From the NCBI GenBank assembly GCA_910586835.1, contig CAJUJU010000003.1, positions 18,160 to 82,159 on the forward strand: 64,000 nt of DNA. Reading direction: 5' to 3'. This DNA is from an uncultured Acetatifactor sp. (lineage in GTDB: Bacteria > Bacillota > Clostridia > Lachnospirales > Lachnospiraceae). Both the position numbers and the translations under genes were made by a program. A model generated the notes under the pieces. That model did not search any database. It was not told the origin of the DNA and was given only the letters and a program-made list of their open reading frames with translations. Positions 37,669 to 47,973 of the stretch are shown piece after piece; the first letter of the stretch is position 1; each line of letters begins with the position of its first letter.

Positions 37669-39352
37669 GTTTTTGGAATTCTGGAAACGGGACAGGCGAT
37701 ATGTGACTCTGATAAAAGCAGTGCTGCTGGCACTGCTTCCTGTTTTGTGCAGCGCCGTGCGGTGCGCCGTGGACCAAAGAGGCATCGGGGATGTTTATCT
37801 GCCGGCGTGTGAGTGGAACGACGAGCTGTTTTATTTCAAGCAGGTGGAAGGGATGATACATTACGGATATCCGTTGGGGTATTTTGGATTTAATGAAAGT
37901 CATGCGCTGAAGCTGTCCTTTGCGGCATGGAGCCCGGTGCTGGTATTTCCCTGGATTTTCTGGGGGCTTCTGTTCGGATGGAATCTGTTGTCGCCCATTT
38001 TCTGCAATCTGGTGCTTCTGACAGGGGCATGTATTCTCTTCGTATGGCTGGCCAAGCCCACCTGGAAACAGCTTGGGATTCTGAGCCTTTTGTTCTGTCT
38101 GTATACGCCCTTCAGCAGGTATATACTCTCGGGAATGCCGGAAATCATCTGTTTCAGTATGCTGATTGTCTTCTACAGCCTTGCGGTCAATTATCTGAAC
38201 CGGGAAAGGGTGTGGAAGCTTGTGGTCCTGTTTGTCATGGCAGGGGTGATGACGTTGATGCGTCCGTATCTGCTGCTGTTTCTGCTGCTTCCGGCGTATC
38301 TTTGGATCCGCAGGGCAAGGTGGAAAGGGGCGCTGGGATCTGCGGCGGTGATTGCCGTGGTTCTGGCTGCTTATATTTGGACCAAACATTATCTGGGTGC
38401 GGAATATTTTGCACCTCTGTTTTTTACCGACTGGGCGGAGGCTTTTTTCCGGCAGGGCCTGTTCGGTGGGATCCGGTTTACTCTGGGAAAGCTGTATTAC
38501 ATGGGAAAGGGCTTTTGGTCCCATCTGGTGCAGGGACTGCGCACCGGACTTGCCTCAGGCGCTTACTTCGGCGGGTATCTGGTCATGCTTCTGGTGTTGG
38601 CTGTCCAGTGTATTGCGGACGGCAGAAAGCTGCGCAGGCTGTCCCGGATCCGGGCGGCGGAATCAGGGGAGAAACCGGCTGCGGAAACGGCGCAGGCGGC
38701 GGAAGAAAAGCTTACAGTGGAGCAGCAGGAGTCGGCCATAGTCCGGGTGCGCAGCAGGCTGATCATTCAGGGGCACCTCCTGTTCAGCTTTATTGCCATG
38801 CTGTTTGCGCTGCTGCTGATGTATAAGCTGACGGAGGGGAGCAAGCATCTGCTCACCTTTATGGCGGCGGGGATCTTTGTGGTGTCATTGATGGAGACCA
38901 GATATTTTAAGAAGGCGGTGCTGCTGGGTGCCACCTTTGCATATCTGTATCTTTACATGGCGGTGAACCCTTACGATTATCAGGTTCCCTTCCGACAGGA
39001 GGAGTTGGAGTCACAGGTGTCGGAATGGAAGGATGTGTTTGCGGAAAAGCTGAAGATTGACAGAACCGGAGAACTGCCGGGCTATGACAATGTGATGATC
39101 TGGGTATTCAATGACCAGCATCCCGACGGAAGCTATGAAAACGTGGCGTGGCAGCTTCTGTACGGGCTGCCGGAGGGATTCGGCATCAGCTGCTGTATGC
39201 CGGACTATGTGATGGAAAACCTGGAGCATCTGCAGAGCCGTTATCTTGCCACCCTTGCCGGCGGACGGATTGACGGCCTGTGTGCAGATGCGGGATACCG
39301 GGAGATCGGCAGGGACCAGGATCTGGTGGTCTATGAGCTTGTCAGGGAATAG
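37661..39352 (+). CDS. Polytopic membrane protein, putative GT-C glycosyltransferase
   Basis: About 10 hydrophobic segments; acidic WNDE motif after the first TM; overlaps the GT2 stop. Confidence 0.55.
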   Translation: MNKFLEFWKRDRRYVTLIKAVLLALLPVLCSAVRCAVDQRGIGDVYLPACEWNDELFYFKQVEGMIHYGYPLGYFGFNESHALKLSFAAWSPVLVFPWIFWGLLFGWNLLSPIFCNLVLLTGACILFVWLAKPTWKQLGILSLLFCLYTPFSRYILSGMPEIICFSMLIVFYSLAVNYLNRERVWKLVVLFVMAGVMTLMRPYLLLFLLLPAYLWIRRARWKGALGSAAVIAVVLAAYIWTKHYLGAEYFAPLFFTDWAEAFFRQGLFGGIRFTLGKLYYMGKGFWSHLVQGLRTGLASGAYFGGYLVMLLVLAVQCIADGRKLRRLSRIRAAESGEKPAAETAQAAEEKLTVEQQESAIVRVRSRLIIQGHLLFSFIAMLFALLLMYKLTEGSKHLLTFMAAGIFVVSLMETRYFKKAVLLGATFAYLYLYMAVNPYDYQVPFRQEELESQVSEWKDVFAEKLKIDRTGELPGYDNVMIWVFNDQHPDGSYENVAWQLLYGLPEGFGISCCMPDYVMENLEHLQSRYLATLAGGRIDGLCADAGYREIGRDQDLVVYELVRE

Positions 39353-40742
39353 CTTCCATTATTTTCAGAGCAATCAGATAGCGTCCCTGTTCGTTCGGAT
39401 GAATCAAATCAGAAAGATATTCCGTGTAGTTGGAAGAATCGATTCCCAGGGTATAATAATTATCCACTGCAATTACTTGCAGCTCCTCCGCCAGGGAAAG
39501 AGCGGCATCGGCATAGGTCTGCAGGTGTACCGCCCCGGGCTCCTGTGATTCCTTCAGAGTGTATCCGGACCAGGAGGGTGTGCAGAGCAGGATGCAGGCA
39601 TCCCCATCGTTTTCCCGGATCGTAGCTACGGCGGTTCGGATAGCGCCCGTATAGGTGGTAATGTCAAACGGATCATCAGAGGAAACCGGGTATCCCTCCA
39701 GATAATCGTTCAGGCCATAGCTGATTACATAACATATCCTTTTTCCGGCAGGGGGATTTTGAAAACAGGATAAAAAGCCCTGATAAATCTGCTTGTCTTC
39801 CGGAACGGCAGAGAGATCTCCGGCAAAAAAGGCCTCTGTGATTCCAGGCAGGGAGATATCTGTCTCGGGACCGAGAGCGGCGGAATTACCGCCGTAGCCG
39901 CAGTTATAGACAGCAGCGCCGGAAAGGCCTTTGACCACACCCGGCACGGACATGCCGTCCGTGTAGTTGCCGATGACGCTGTCTCCGAAAAAAATCACGG
40001 CGGTATCCTGCAGGTCGAATGCAGCGTAATTATCACTGCGCAGGTCGGCTGTGAGGTGTTCCAGGCGCTCCCCCCATTCGGCGGCGTTCTCCGCGGTGAG
40101 CAGGTAGGGATGGAGGTAGTCGCTGTTGGTAGACAGAAAGGCGGCTGCGTCAGGTGTTATGTGATAATAATCCGTATACAGGGCAGGATTGGTGACAAGC
40201 CATTCCTCAGCAGCATAAAAATAGAATCTGGCATCCGGCAGCTCCGCGGCGTCTGTTAGAAAATCTTTCCACAGGTTCAACGCCTGGCTGTACTGTTTCC
40301 GGGACAGCTGTCTCCAATAGTCGGCGTTGGGGCAGGCGAGAATGCATTCAAAGCTGACAGAGGGATAACTCTGTATCAGGGAGGCAAGCCCGGAAAGGTC
40401 GGTTTTTTCGGGAATGAGTCCCAGATATACGGTGGAGACTTGATTTTGTGACCGTTCGATGCGCTTCAGGTAGCGTTTGATGCCTGATACGCCGGACAGC
40501 ATATTGTCTGCCCGAAAGAGAGTCATTCCGCGGTAATAGGTGAAATCAGCTTCGGAGAAGGTGTCTATTGGATACATGGAGAGAAATGCCGTGTCAAAGC
40601 TTTCCGAGGCAATGCGCCGAAAATCGCTTCGCTGCAGTGCGGTTCGGGAATACAGGATGCCGGACAGGACAGCCGCCAGAAGGATAAAAGATGTCACTGC
40701 AGAGACTATAATATAGTGTTTATGATTTCGTTTTTTTGACAT
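39342..40742 (-). CDS. Membrane-anchored SGNH/GDSL family protein
   Basis: N-terminal TM; FFGDSV, YNCGYGG, YGLND, DLIHPN. Confidence 0.85.
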   Translation of the reverse strand: MSKKRNHKHYIIVSAVTSFILLAAVLSGILYSRTALQRSDFRRIASESFDTAFLSMYPIDTFSEADFTYYRGMTLFRADNMLSGVSGIKRYLKRIERSQNQVSTVYLGLIPEKTDLSGLASLIQSYPSVSFECILACPNADYWRQLSRKQYSQALNLWKDFLTDAAELPDARFYFYAAEEWLVTNPALYTDYYHITPDAAAFLSTNSDYLHPYLLTAENAAEWGERLEHLTADLRSDNYAAFDLQDTAVIFFGDSVIGNYTDGMSVPGVVKGLSGAAVYNCGYGGNSAALGPETDISLPGITEAFFAGDLSAVPEDKQIYQGFLSCFQNPPAGKRICYVISYGLNDYLEGYPVSSDDPFDITTYTGAIRTAVATIRENDGDACILLCTPSWSGYTLKESQEPGAVHLQTYADAALSLAEELQVIAVDNYYTLGIDSSNYTEYLSDLIHPNEQGRYLIALKIMEAIP

Positions 40743-40761
40743 TTGATTAACCTCTTAAAAA

Positions 40762-41994
40762 TCAATGAAACAGTCCGCCCTGAAACAGGATGCGGAAGTA
40801 ATCCAGCCCACAGATCAGATGCAGAAGATACACGGCCCATTGGATTCCAAGCTGCCAGGCGGGCTGCAGGCGGCGCAGGCTGTTTTGGATCAGCACCAGC
40901 AGGCTGACGGCATAGAGGAAGAAGAGACCATACATGTAGCCCCAGGAAAAGTTTACATGGGGCAGCCGATCCCCCTTCTCGTATAAAAACACCAGGGTGG
41001 CCAGAGCAACCAGGAAAAACTGCCATGTGAATCTCAAAACGGCGGGCAATTTTTTTCTGACCGCACAGAACACAAGGACGGTCAGTGGAAATGCGGCGGC
41101 GCGCAGCAGCGCAAGAGGAATGTTGTCGCATGTCGTGGACCATGCAGTCAGGAAGCCGAAGCCGATTCCTTTTTCTTCACCGGAACCGGATTGAGGGCGG
41201 AATACATGGCCAAACTGGTATAGCAGTACGCAGAATGTGGGGAGGAACCAAATGCCGCATTGAAAAAAAGCCTTTATTCCATGGAAGCGGCTGCGGATCA
41301 GCCGATATAGCATAATCAGCCCTGCGGCGGCAGTAAACACCAGAGTAAAGCTGGGCTTTGCCAGGGTGGAGAGAAGCAGGGAAAGCCCCATGAAGAGATA
41401 CTTTGGATGGAACCATTTCATTTCTTTTTCATAAAAGCTTAGAATATCCGCAAACAGAAAGAACGTGAGGACGGAAAACGGGCGCGCGGCCAGGTAGGTG
41501 GCATTGTGATAGGGATTGGGTGTGAACACTCCCAGGTAGCGATATAAATAGTTTTTACCCAGAGGATTGTACTGTCCCAGCCAGATCAGGGGATAGAGCA
41601 TTGACGTAAACAGCAGGGAAAATACCAACAGGGAAGAAAGGACTGCACTTTTGCCCCGGGGATCCTGTGATGTGTTCAGCGTGCCATCAAAGAAAAGCTT
41701 CAGAGCCGGGGCGGTGAGGCCGTTTAACAGGGTCACGGCGAAGGCCATGGCGTGCTGAGGCGTGGTAAAGAGCAGAAAGAATCTTCCGGTCAGAAACAGT
41801 AGGGGATAAGGAAAATCATAGCCGCTGGATATGCCCTGCATCTCGGCAATATAGGGCTGGATGTCGGAGACATAGCTGCCGCTGTAGTTCATGGACTGCC
41901 GGTGAAATAAAAACAGGGTGACAATCAAATAAATAAGGAGTAAAATGGAAAAAGCTATATAGTTTTGCAGAAGTATTTTGCTTTTGGATTTCAT
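40762..41994 (-). CDS. Polytopic membrane protein, possible GT-C
   Basis: About 10 TMs; SD..Y after TM1, PYPL, YHNAT, LAKPSF. Confidence 0.5.
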   Translation of the reverse strand: MKSKSKILLQNYIAFSILLLIYLIVTLFLFHRQSMNYSGSYVSDIQPYIAEMQGISSGYDFPYPLLFLTGRFFLLFTTPQHAMAFAVTLLNGLTAPALKLFFDGTLNTSQDPRGKSAVLSSLLVFSLLFTSMLYPLIWLGQYNPLGKNYLYRYLGVFTPNPYHNATYLAARPFSVLTFFLFADILSFYEKEMKWFHPKYLFMGLSLLLSTLAKPSFTLVFTAAAGLIMLYRLIRSRFHGIKAFFQCGIWFLPTFCVLLYQFGHVFRPQSGSGEEKGIGFGFLTAWSTTCDNIPLALLRAAAFPLTVLVFCAVRKKLPAVLRFTWQFFLVALATLVFLYEKGDRLPHVNFSWGYMYGLFFLYAVSLLVLIQNSLRRLQPAWQLGIQWAVYLLHLICGLDYFRILFQGGLFH

Positions 41995-42093
41995 AATTAT
42001 GGCACCTTTCAGAACGTTTGGAGTTCTGAGGCCATTATATCAGAGGAAGCAGAAACTGCCAAGGTGTAAATGGCGGTGGAAGGAGGGAGGACG

Positions 42094-43896
42094 GTGAGAC
42101 AAAAGGAAAGCCGAATATCTGTTTGGGACAGAATGAACAGAGCGGTGGCGGTTATGGATAAGCTGCCGCTTTGGTGGATTGGTCTGCTGCTTTTCGGAGC
42201 GGTGTTTATTCCGCTGTTTATCTGGGGGGAGAATTGTGTGTTTCCGATTCATGACCAGCTGGATGAAACCATTTTGAGTTATATACTGAATGCAAGGCAC
42301 TGGGGAGAAGGGGTGAACCTTTTTCCGGAGCTTCTGGGCGGGATCAATACCAGCGGAATGCAGCCCTCTGCGGTGCTTTTTATTCCTCTGTACAGATTGT
42401 TTTCAGCAGTAAACGCTTTTTTGATTCAATATGCCGTGGTATTCCTGTGCGGATTTTTTGGAATGTACCTTGCGATGAAGGAAATGACAGGCAGCAGTAT
42501 TCTGGCTGTTGCCATGGGGGGATGCTTCTGTATGCTTCCGATTCCGCCGGTATATGGGTTGTCTGTCATGGGGGTTCCGTTCCTGCTGTGGTGCTTCCTG
42601 AACCTGTGGAACAGACGCAGGATTGTGTTTTCTTTTCTGTATCTTCTGCTTTTTGGTCTGACTACACATTTGGTTCTGATTGGATATGTGGTGTTGGGGT
42701 TTTGGCTTCTGGCCATCCTGTGGTCACTTTTGAAAAAATGCTGTAACAGATGGATCTGTCTGGGATTTGGATGGCTGTTGCTTCTCTATGTGTTGGTTAA
42801 CAGAAGCCTGTTTTATGAGCTTATTTTTGGCGGTGGCAGCTATGTGAGTCACAGGGAGGAACTGGTGAACATGGCAATGCCTTTTTGGGAAGCAGTGAAG
42901 GGGCTGTTCCTGAACAGTGCCCAGCATGCGGACTCCCTGCATGGATATCTGATTCTCCCCACTTTTGCTGCGTTGATTTTGGGCGTAGTTTTTTACAGAC
43001 GATTGGATCAGAAAAGGAAAAAGCGCTGTATCGCGGCCGTAGCAGGAATGGGAATTCTGGTTGGGATCGCTGTGCTGTATGGAATCTGCAAGTGGCAGCC
43101 GGTGGTGGATTTCAGAAACAGCTGCAGCGGATTTCTGCGCTATTTTCAGTTGGAACGTTTTTATTGGTTGTATCCAGCGGGGTGGTATCTGGAGTTTGGG
43201 CTGTGTTTTTCTCTGTGGTGGGGTGCCGATACGCGGCAAGGCGGAGACAGGAAAGGAGCCGGCGGGTTCAGAGGTTTTCTTTGCAGTCCGTTACTGCAGG
43301 CGGCAATTTTGTTAATTATCCTTTTTCCAACTGCCTGGCAGATAATGAAGCTTTCCTATATTTGGAGAAATGTGAATTATTATAATAATGGTTATGATAT
43401 CACGGGGGACATTTCCTGGAAGAGCTTCTATGCCGACGACCTGATGCAGGAGCTGGAAGATGTTATCGGCAGGGATAGGAAGGAGTATCGGATAGCGCAT
43501 GTGGGGATGAGCCCGGCACCTGCTCTGATGCATGGGTTTTACACAGTGGATGGTTATTCCAACAACTACCCACTGGAATATAAACATGAGTTCCGAAGGG
43601 TAATTGCAAAGGAATTGGAGCAGGTTCCGGAGACGGCGGTTTATTTTGACGGTTGGGGAAGCAGATGTTATCTGTTCAATGCCGAGAGTGGATATGCTTA
43701 TATGCTGGGGAAGAGGGATCGGATCCTGTATCATGATCTGGAATATGATATGACGGCATTGAAGGAGTTGGGTTGTGAGTATATCTTTTCCTGCGGGGAA
43801 ATTTTAAATGCGCAGGAACTGGGGCTGGAGCTTTTGGGGTATTTTGAAACAGAAGATAGCTTCTGGGGTGTCTGGCTCTACGATTTGAGTCTGTAG
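42094..43896 (+). CDS. DUF6044-like polytopic membrane protein, putative GT-C
   Basis: IHDQLD after TM1, SHREE, FQL.RFYWL.P, GFYTVDGYSN.YPLEYK..FR..IA.EL, WG.RCYL; GTG 42094 after AGGAGGGAGG. Confidence 0.6.
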   Translation: MRQKESRISVWDRMNRAVAVMDKLPLWWIGLLLFGAVFIPLFIWGENCVFPIHDQLDETILSYILNARHWGEGVNLFPELLGGINTSGMQPSAVLFIPLYRLFSAVNAFLIQYAVVFLCGFFGMYLAMKEMTGSSILAVAMGGCFCMLPIPPVYGLSVMGVPFLLWCFLNLWNRRRIVFSFLYLLLFGLTTHLVLIGYVVLGFWLLAILWSLLKKCCNRWICLGFGWLLLLYVLVNRSLFYELIFGGGSYVSHREELVNMAMPFWEAVKGLFLNSAQHADSLHGYLILPTFAALILGVVFYRRLDQKRKKRCIAAVAGMGILVGIAVLYGICKWQPVVDFRNSCSGFLRYFQLERFYWLYPAGWYLEFGLCFSLWWGADTRQGGDRKGAGGFRGFLCSPLLQAAILLIILFPTAWQIMKLSYIWRNVNYYNNGYDITGDISWKSFYADDLMQELEDVIGRDRKEYRIAHVGMSPAPALMHGFYTVDGYSNNYPLEYKHEFRRVIAKELEQVPETAVYFDGWGSRCYLFNAESGYAYMLGKRDRILYHDLEYDMTALKELGCEYIFSCGEILNAQELGLELLGYFETEDSFWGVWLYDLSL

Positions 43897-44015
43897 TGCA
43901 GAAATTTCCTGAGTATATGCTTTCCTTAATAATTCTTTAAAGCTTTGCGTGTTGTTTTACGGATCTGGAAAATTATGATAGAATGATTTTGTTTCCGGCA
44001 GGAGGTGACTACAGG

Positions 44016-45107
44016 ATGAGGAGAAAAAATACTGCAGAGTGGCCACGCATCTATGTATGCCACACATATTATCATGTGTATGTAACTTTTTTAAAGGAGC
44101 TGAACCTGCCGCAGAAGGAGCGGGGGCGGGCGTCGCTTGTGCTGTCGGGTCTTTCTATCAATTTTGAAAACCTGAAGCAGCGGGTGGAATCTACAGGGCT
44201 GTTCCGTGAGGTTCTGGAGTTTGACGAAAAGCGGGAGGATTTTTTCCCGGAGCTGGCGGAGTACCGTAAAAATACAGGCAGTTTTGTGGGGAATCTGAGA
44301 AACCGTATCCGGTTTACCCGCAGATATGCGGAACTGGAGACTCCCTTTGTGCCGGTGGATTTTCGGGAGTATCAGGATATTTATGTCTACTGTGACTCCG
44401 ATCCCATCGGCTACTACCTGAATCAGAACAGGATATATTATCATGCCCTGGAGGACGGGCTGAACTGCCTGAAAAATTTCGACGCTGCCAGGTATGACAA
44501 CAGGGGACATTTCCGGCTTAAGATGATTCTTTCCATGTATTTTAACTTGATTTTTGTACAGAACGGTTACGGGAAATACTGTCTTGACATGGAGGTCAAC
44601 GATATCTCGGCAATTCGCTATCCCTGTCCCAGATATATTCAGCAGTCCCGGCAGGAGCTGGTGGATGGGCTTACGGAGGAAGATAAGCAGATTATCCTGC
44701 AGGCGTTTATTCGGGACAAGGAGAGACTGGAGCGTCAGATCGCGGATTGCGGCAGCGTGGGGAACAAGATACTGATTCTTACGGATCCCCTGTGTACGCT
44801 GGAGGTGCGGGAGAGAATCTTTCGTGACATCATTGCAAAATATGAGAGTGAGGGCACGGTCTTTTTGAAGCCTCATCCCAGGGATGAGCTGGATTATCGC
44901 AGGCTTTTTCCGGAGTATCCGCAGTTTGATGCCACGGTGCCCATGGAGATGCTGAACTTTTTTCCGGGACTCCGGTTTAAGAAGGCGGTGGCGGTGTTGA
45001 CGGAGATTAAGGCGATCCGGTTTGCGGACGAGGTGGTAAGGCTTGGCGAGGATTTCATGGATGTCTATGAGGAACCGATGATTCACAGACAGAACGAACA
45101 GATATGA
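44016..45107 (+). CDS. Sialyltransferase-like GT-B enzyme (GT52/Lst-like), candidate pseudaminyltransferase
   Basis: T.YH near the N-terminus, LEDG and KPHPRD motifs, PMEML; ATG 44016 after GGAGGTG. Confidence 0.65.
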   Translation: MRRKNTAEWPRIYVCHTYYHVYVTFLKELNLPQKERGRASLVLSGLSINFENLKQRVESTGLFREVLEFDEKREDFFPELAEYRKNTGSFVGNLRNRIRFTRRYAELETPFVPVDFREYQDIYVYCDSDPIGYYLNQNRIYYHALEDGLNCLKNFDAARYDNRGHFRLKMILSMYFNLIFVQNGYGKYCLDMEVNDISAIRYPCPRYIQQSRQELVDGLTEEDKQIILQAFIRDKERLERQIADCGSVGNKILILTDPLCTLEVRERIFRDIIAKYESEGTVFLKPHPRDELDYRRLFPEYPQFDATVPMEMLNFFPGLRFKKAVAVLTEIKAIRFADEVVRLGEDFMDVYEEPMIHRQNEQI

Positions 45108-45132
45108 GCAATCATTTTCTGGGAAGGAAAGA

Positions 45133-46905
45133 ATGAAACAGATACTGAAAAAGTTGAATGTATTGTTGGATAAAAAACAGAAACAAACCATGGGCGGCCT
45201 GATCATACTGATGATCATCGGCGCCGCACTGCAGACTGCGGGTGTGGGGATGCTGGTGCAGGTGGTGACGGTGGTCATGGATCCGGCAGCGCTGGAGAAG
45301 AGCAGTCTGGTGGGATGGGTGTATGAGAGCCTTGGCTTTCGGGATTACAGCAAGTTTTGCGTTACGGTCATGGCAGCGCTTATCGGAGTCTTTGCCGTGA
45401 AGAACCTTTTCCTGTTCGTCCAGCAGAAGCTGACCTTTGCCTTTGTCTATACCAATCAGTTTCGCACCTCGGAGCGCATGATGCGCAATTACCTGCGCCG
45501 CGGCTACGAATATTATTTAAATGCGGACACGGCTGTGGTGCAGCGGAGCATTACGGCGGATGTAAACAATATGTACGCGTTGATCCTGGCCCTGCTGCAG
45601 CTGATGTCGGACGGGGTGGTGTCCCTCTTTATCGTGTGCTACTGTCTGTCAAAGAGCGGTGTCATGACAGTGCTTCTGGCCGTAGTGCTGGTGGCGCTGA
45701 TGGCGGTGATCAAGAAGGTGTTAAAGCCCGTGATGTACAAGGCGGGCAAGGACAATCAGGATTATTACAGCGGCCTGTTCAAGTGGATCTCCCAGACGGT
45801 GCAGGGCATCAAGGAAGTGAAGGTGGCTGGTAAAGAGCGGTATTTTGTGGAGGAATACCACAGGTGCGGCAAGGGTTATGTGGACGCGGTGCAGAAATAC
45901 AGTCTGTACAACAATATCCCCAAGCTGCTTATCGAGACGGCCTGTGTGGCCGTGATGATGGGATATATGATCTTTCTGACGGTATCCGGCAGATCTACAG
46001 GGGATATGCTGGAAATCTTAAGCACCCTGGCGGCAGCGGCGTTTGTGCTGCTTCCCTGTGTGAACCGCATCAACAATCAGATCAACTCCATGGCTTATTT
46101 TGAGCCCTTTTTCATGGGAGTCAGCGACAATCTTCAGGATGAGATCACGGGTGAGAAGGTGGATATGTCCTTTGCTGCCGACGAGGAGGAAAAACTGCCT
46201 GTCAGGGAGCGGATTGAATTGAGAGGGATCACCTATGCATACCCCAATACCGACAAACTGATTTTTGATCATGCGGATATGGATATTCCTGTGGGGGCCT
46301 CTGTGGGCATTGTGGGAACCTCGGGAGCGGGGAAGAGCACTATTGTAGATATCCTGCTGGGGCTTCTGGAGACCAGAGAGGGCAGTATCTGTGCCGATGG
46401 TGTGGATGTGAGGAAGAGCTACAGAAGGTGGCTGAAAAATATCGGCTACATTCCGCAGATGATCTTTATGCTGGACGATACCATTCGAAAAAATATCGCC
46501 TTCGGCGTGCCGGAGGAAAAAATAGAGGAAGAGCGCCTGTGGGAAGTCTTAAAGGAGGCTCAGCTGGATGAGTTTGTCCGGTCTCTTCCCGAGGGGGCGG
46601 ACACCGGTATCGGTGAGCGGGGCATCCGTCTTTCCGGGGGACAGAGGCAGAGGATCGGGATTGCCAGAGCATTGTACCATGATCCGGAGGTGCTGGTGCT
46701 GGACGAAGCCACCTCCGCATTGGATAATGATACGGAGAAGGCAATCATGGAGGCCATCAACAGGCTGCATGGCAGGAAAACGCTGATTATCATTGCCCAC
46801 AGGCTGCAGACCATCGAGCAGTGTGATATGGTATACCGGGTGGAGGACGGAAGGATTCTTCGGGAATATGAACGACAGAGTAAAGAAGAAGGGATGAAGG
46901 CTTGA
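45133..46905 (+). CDS. ABC transporter permease/ATPase, PglK/Wzk-like lipid-linked glycan flippase
   Basis: TM domain plus NBD (GTSGAGKST, LSGGQRQR, LDEATSALD, IAHRL); GIKEVK motif; glycan-locus context. Confidence 0.8.
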   Translation: MKQILKKLNVLLDKKQKQTMGGLIILMIIGAALQTAGVGMLVQVVTVVMDPAALEKSSLVGWVYESLGFRDYSKFCVTVMAALIGVFAVKNLFLFVQQKLTFAFVYTNQFRTSERMMRNYLRRGYEYYLNADTAVVQRSITADVNNMYALILALLQLMSDGVVSLFIVCYCLSKSGVMTVLLAVVLVALMAVIKKVLKPVMYKAGKDNQDYYSGLFKWISQTVQGIKEVKVAGKERYFVEEYHRCGKGYVDAVQKYSLYNNIPKLLIETACVAVMMGYMIFLTVSGRSTGDMLEILSTLAAAAFVLLPCVNRINNQINSMAYFEPFFMGVSDNLQDEITGEKVDMSFAADEEEKLPVRERIELRGITYAYPNTDKLIFDHADMDIPVGASVGIVGTSGAGKSTIVDILLGLLETREGSICADGVDVRKSYRRWLKNIGYIPQMIFMLDDTIRKNIAFGVPEEKIEEERLWEVLKEAQLDEFVRSLPEGADTGIGERGIRLSGGQRQRIGIARALYHDPEVLVLDEATSALDNDTEKAIMEAINRLHGRKTLIIIAHRLQTIEQCDMVYRVEDGRILREYERQSKEEGMKA

Positions 46906-47930
46906 GGCTGAGTATAATCGTGCCTGTCTATAATATGGCGGCGGATGGAAAACTGAATTTCTGCCTGGATTCCCTGGTGGGCCAGACGATATCGGATTAC
47001 GAAATTATTGCGGTGGATGACGCTTCCACAGATCATTCCCTGGAAATACTGCGGGAATATGAAGCGCGGTACGAGTGGTTTCATGTGATTGCATCTCCTG
47101 TGAACAGACGTCAGGGAGGTGCAAAAAACGAAGGGCTGAAGGCTGCATCCGGCGAATGGATCGGCTTTATTGACAGCGACGACTGGGTGGCGCCGGATTT
47201 TTACGAGAAGCTTCTTACCAGAGCCCGGGAGACAGGGGCTGACCTGGTGGGCTGTGATTACAGCCTGGTGGCAGAGCACACCTTTTCCGTGGGCAGAATC
47301 GTGCGGAACAATACGGCGGATCAGACCGGGATCCTGGATGTGGAAAAACACAAAAAGCTTCTGATGCGTCCGGGCAGTATGGTGGTCAAGGTGTACAAGG
47401 CGTCGGTGATTCGGGAGAACGGACTTGACTTCCCGGAGGGGATCTTTTATGAGGACAACTGTGCCGGGTCCGTGTGGTCTCTGTATTTCCGGCATTTTGA
47501 GAGGGTGGAGGAGCCCCTTTATTACTACTATCAGCGCACCGGTTCCACCGTTCATCACATTACGGAAGCAAAGTGCAGGGATCGGATGCGGGCCGCGGCG
47601 CTTTTGGTTGAACAGTGCAGGGACAGGGGGATACTGGAGGAATACCGGCAGGAGACGGAGTACCGTTTTGCGGAGCTGTATTATGTGATTACGCTTTTTT
47701 CCTACCTGCAGGGAGTGGTGCATCCCAGACTTTCCTTCGTGAGAGAGCTGCGCCGTGGTGTGGAGGAGCGATTCCCGGATTTTGAGCAGAACAGCTATTA
47801 CAGAGTCAATACCGGATCTGAGGAGCAGAGGCTGATCGCCATGCAGGGGAGGTCGAATCTACGGTTTTATCTGTACTATCGGCTGAAGCTGTGGGCGCGG
47901 AAAATCCGCTCCGGCCGGAGGAAGTCGTAA
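46902..47930 (+). CDS. Soluble GT2 glycosyltransferase
   Basis: LSIIVPVYN, VDDASTD, AKNEG, FIDSDD, FYED. Confidence 0.88.
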   Translation: MRLSIIVPVYNMAADGKLNFCLDSLVGQTISDYEIIAVDDASTDHSLEILREYEARYEWFHVIASPVNRRQGGAKNEGLKAASGEWIGFIDSDDWVAPDFYEKLLTRARETGADLVGCDYSLVAEHTFSVGRIVRNNTADQTGILDVEKHKKLLMRPGSMVVKVYKASVIRENGLDFPEGIFYEDNCAGSVWSLYFRHFERVEEPLYYYYQRTGSTVHHITEAKCRDRMRAAALLVEQCRDRGILEEYRQETEYRFAELYYVITLFSYLQGVVHPRLSFVRELRRGVEERFPDFEQNSYYRVNTGSEEQRLIAMQGRSNLRFYLYYRLKLWARKIRSGRRKS

Positions 47931-47973
47931 AAATAGCTTAGAGAATGATTATTATGCGCAAGAGGGTGTGTGA

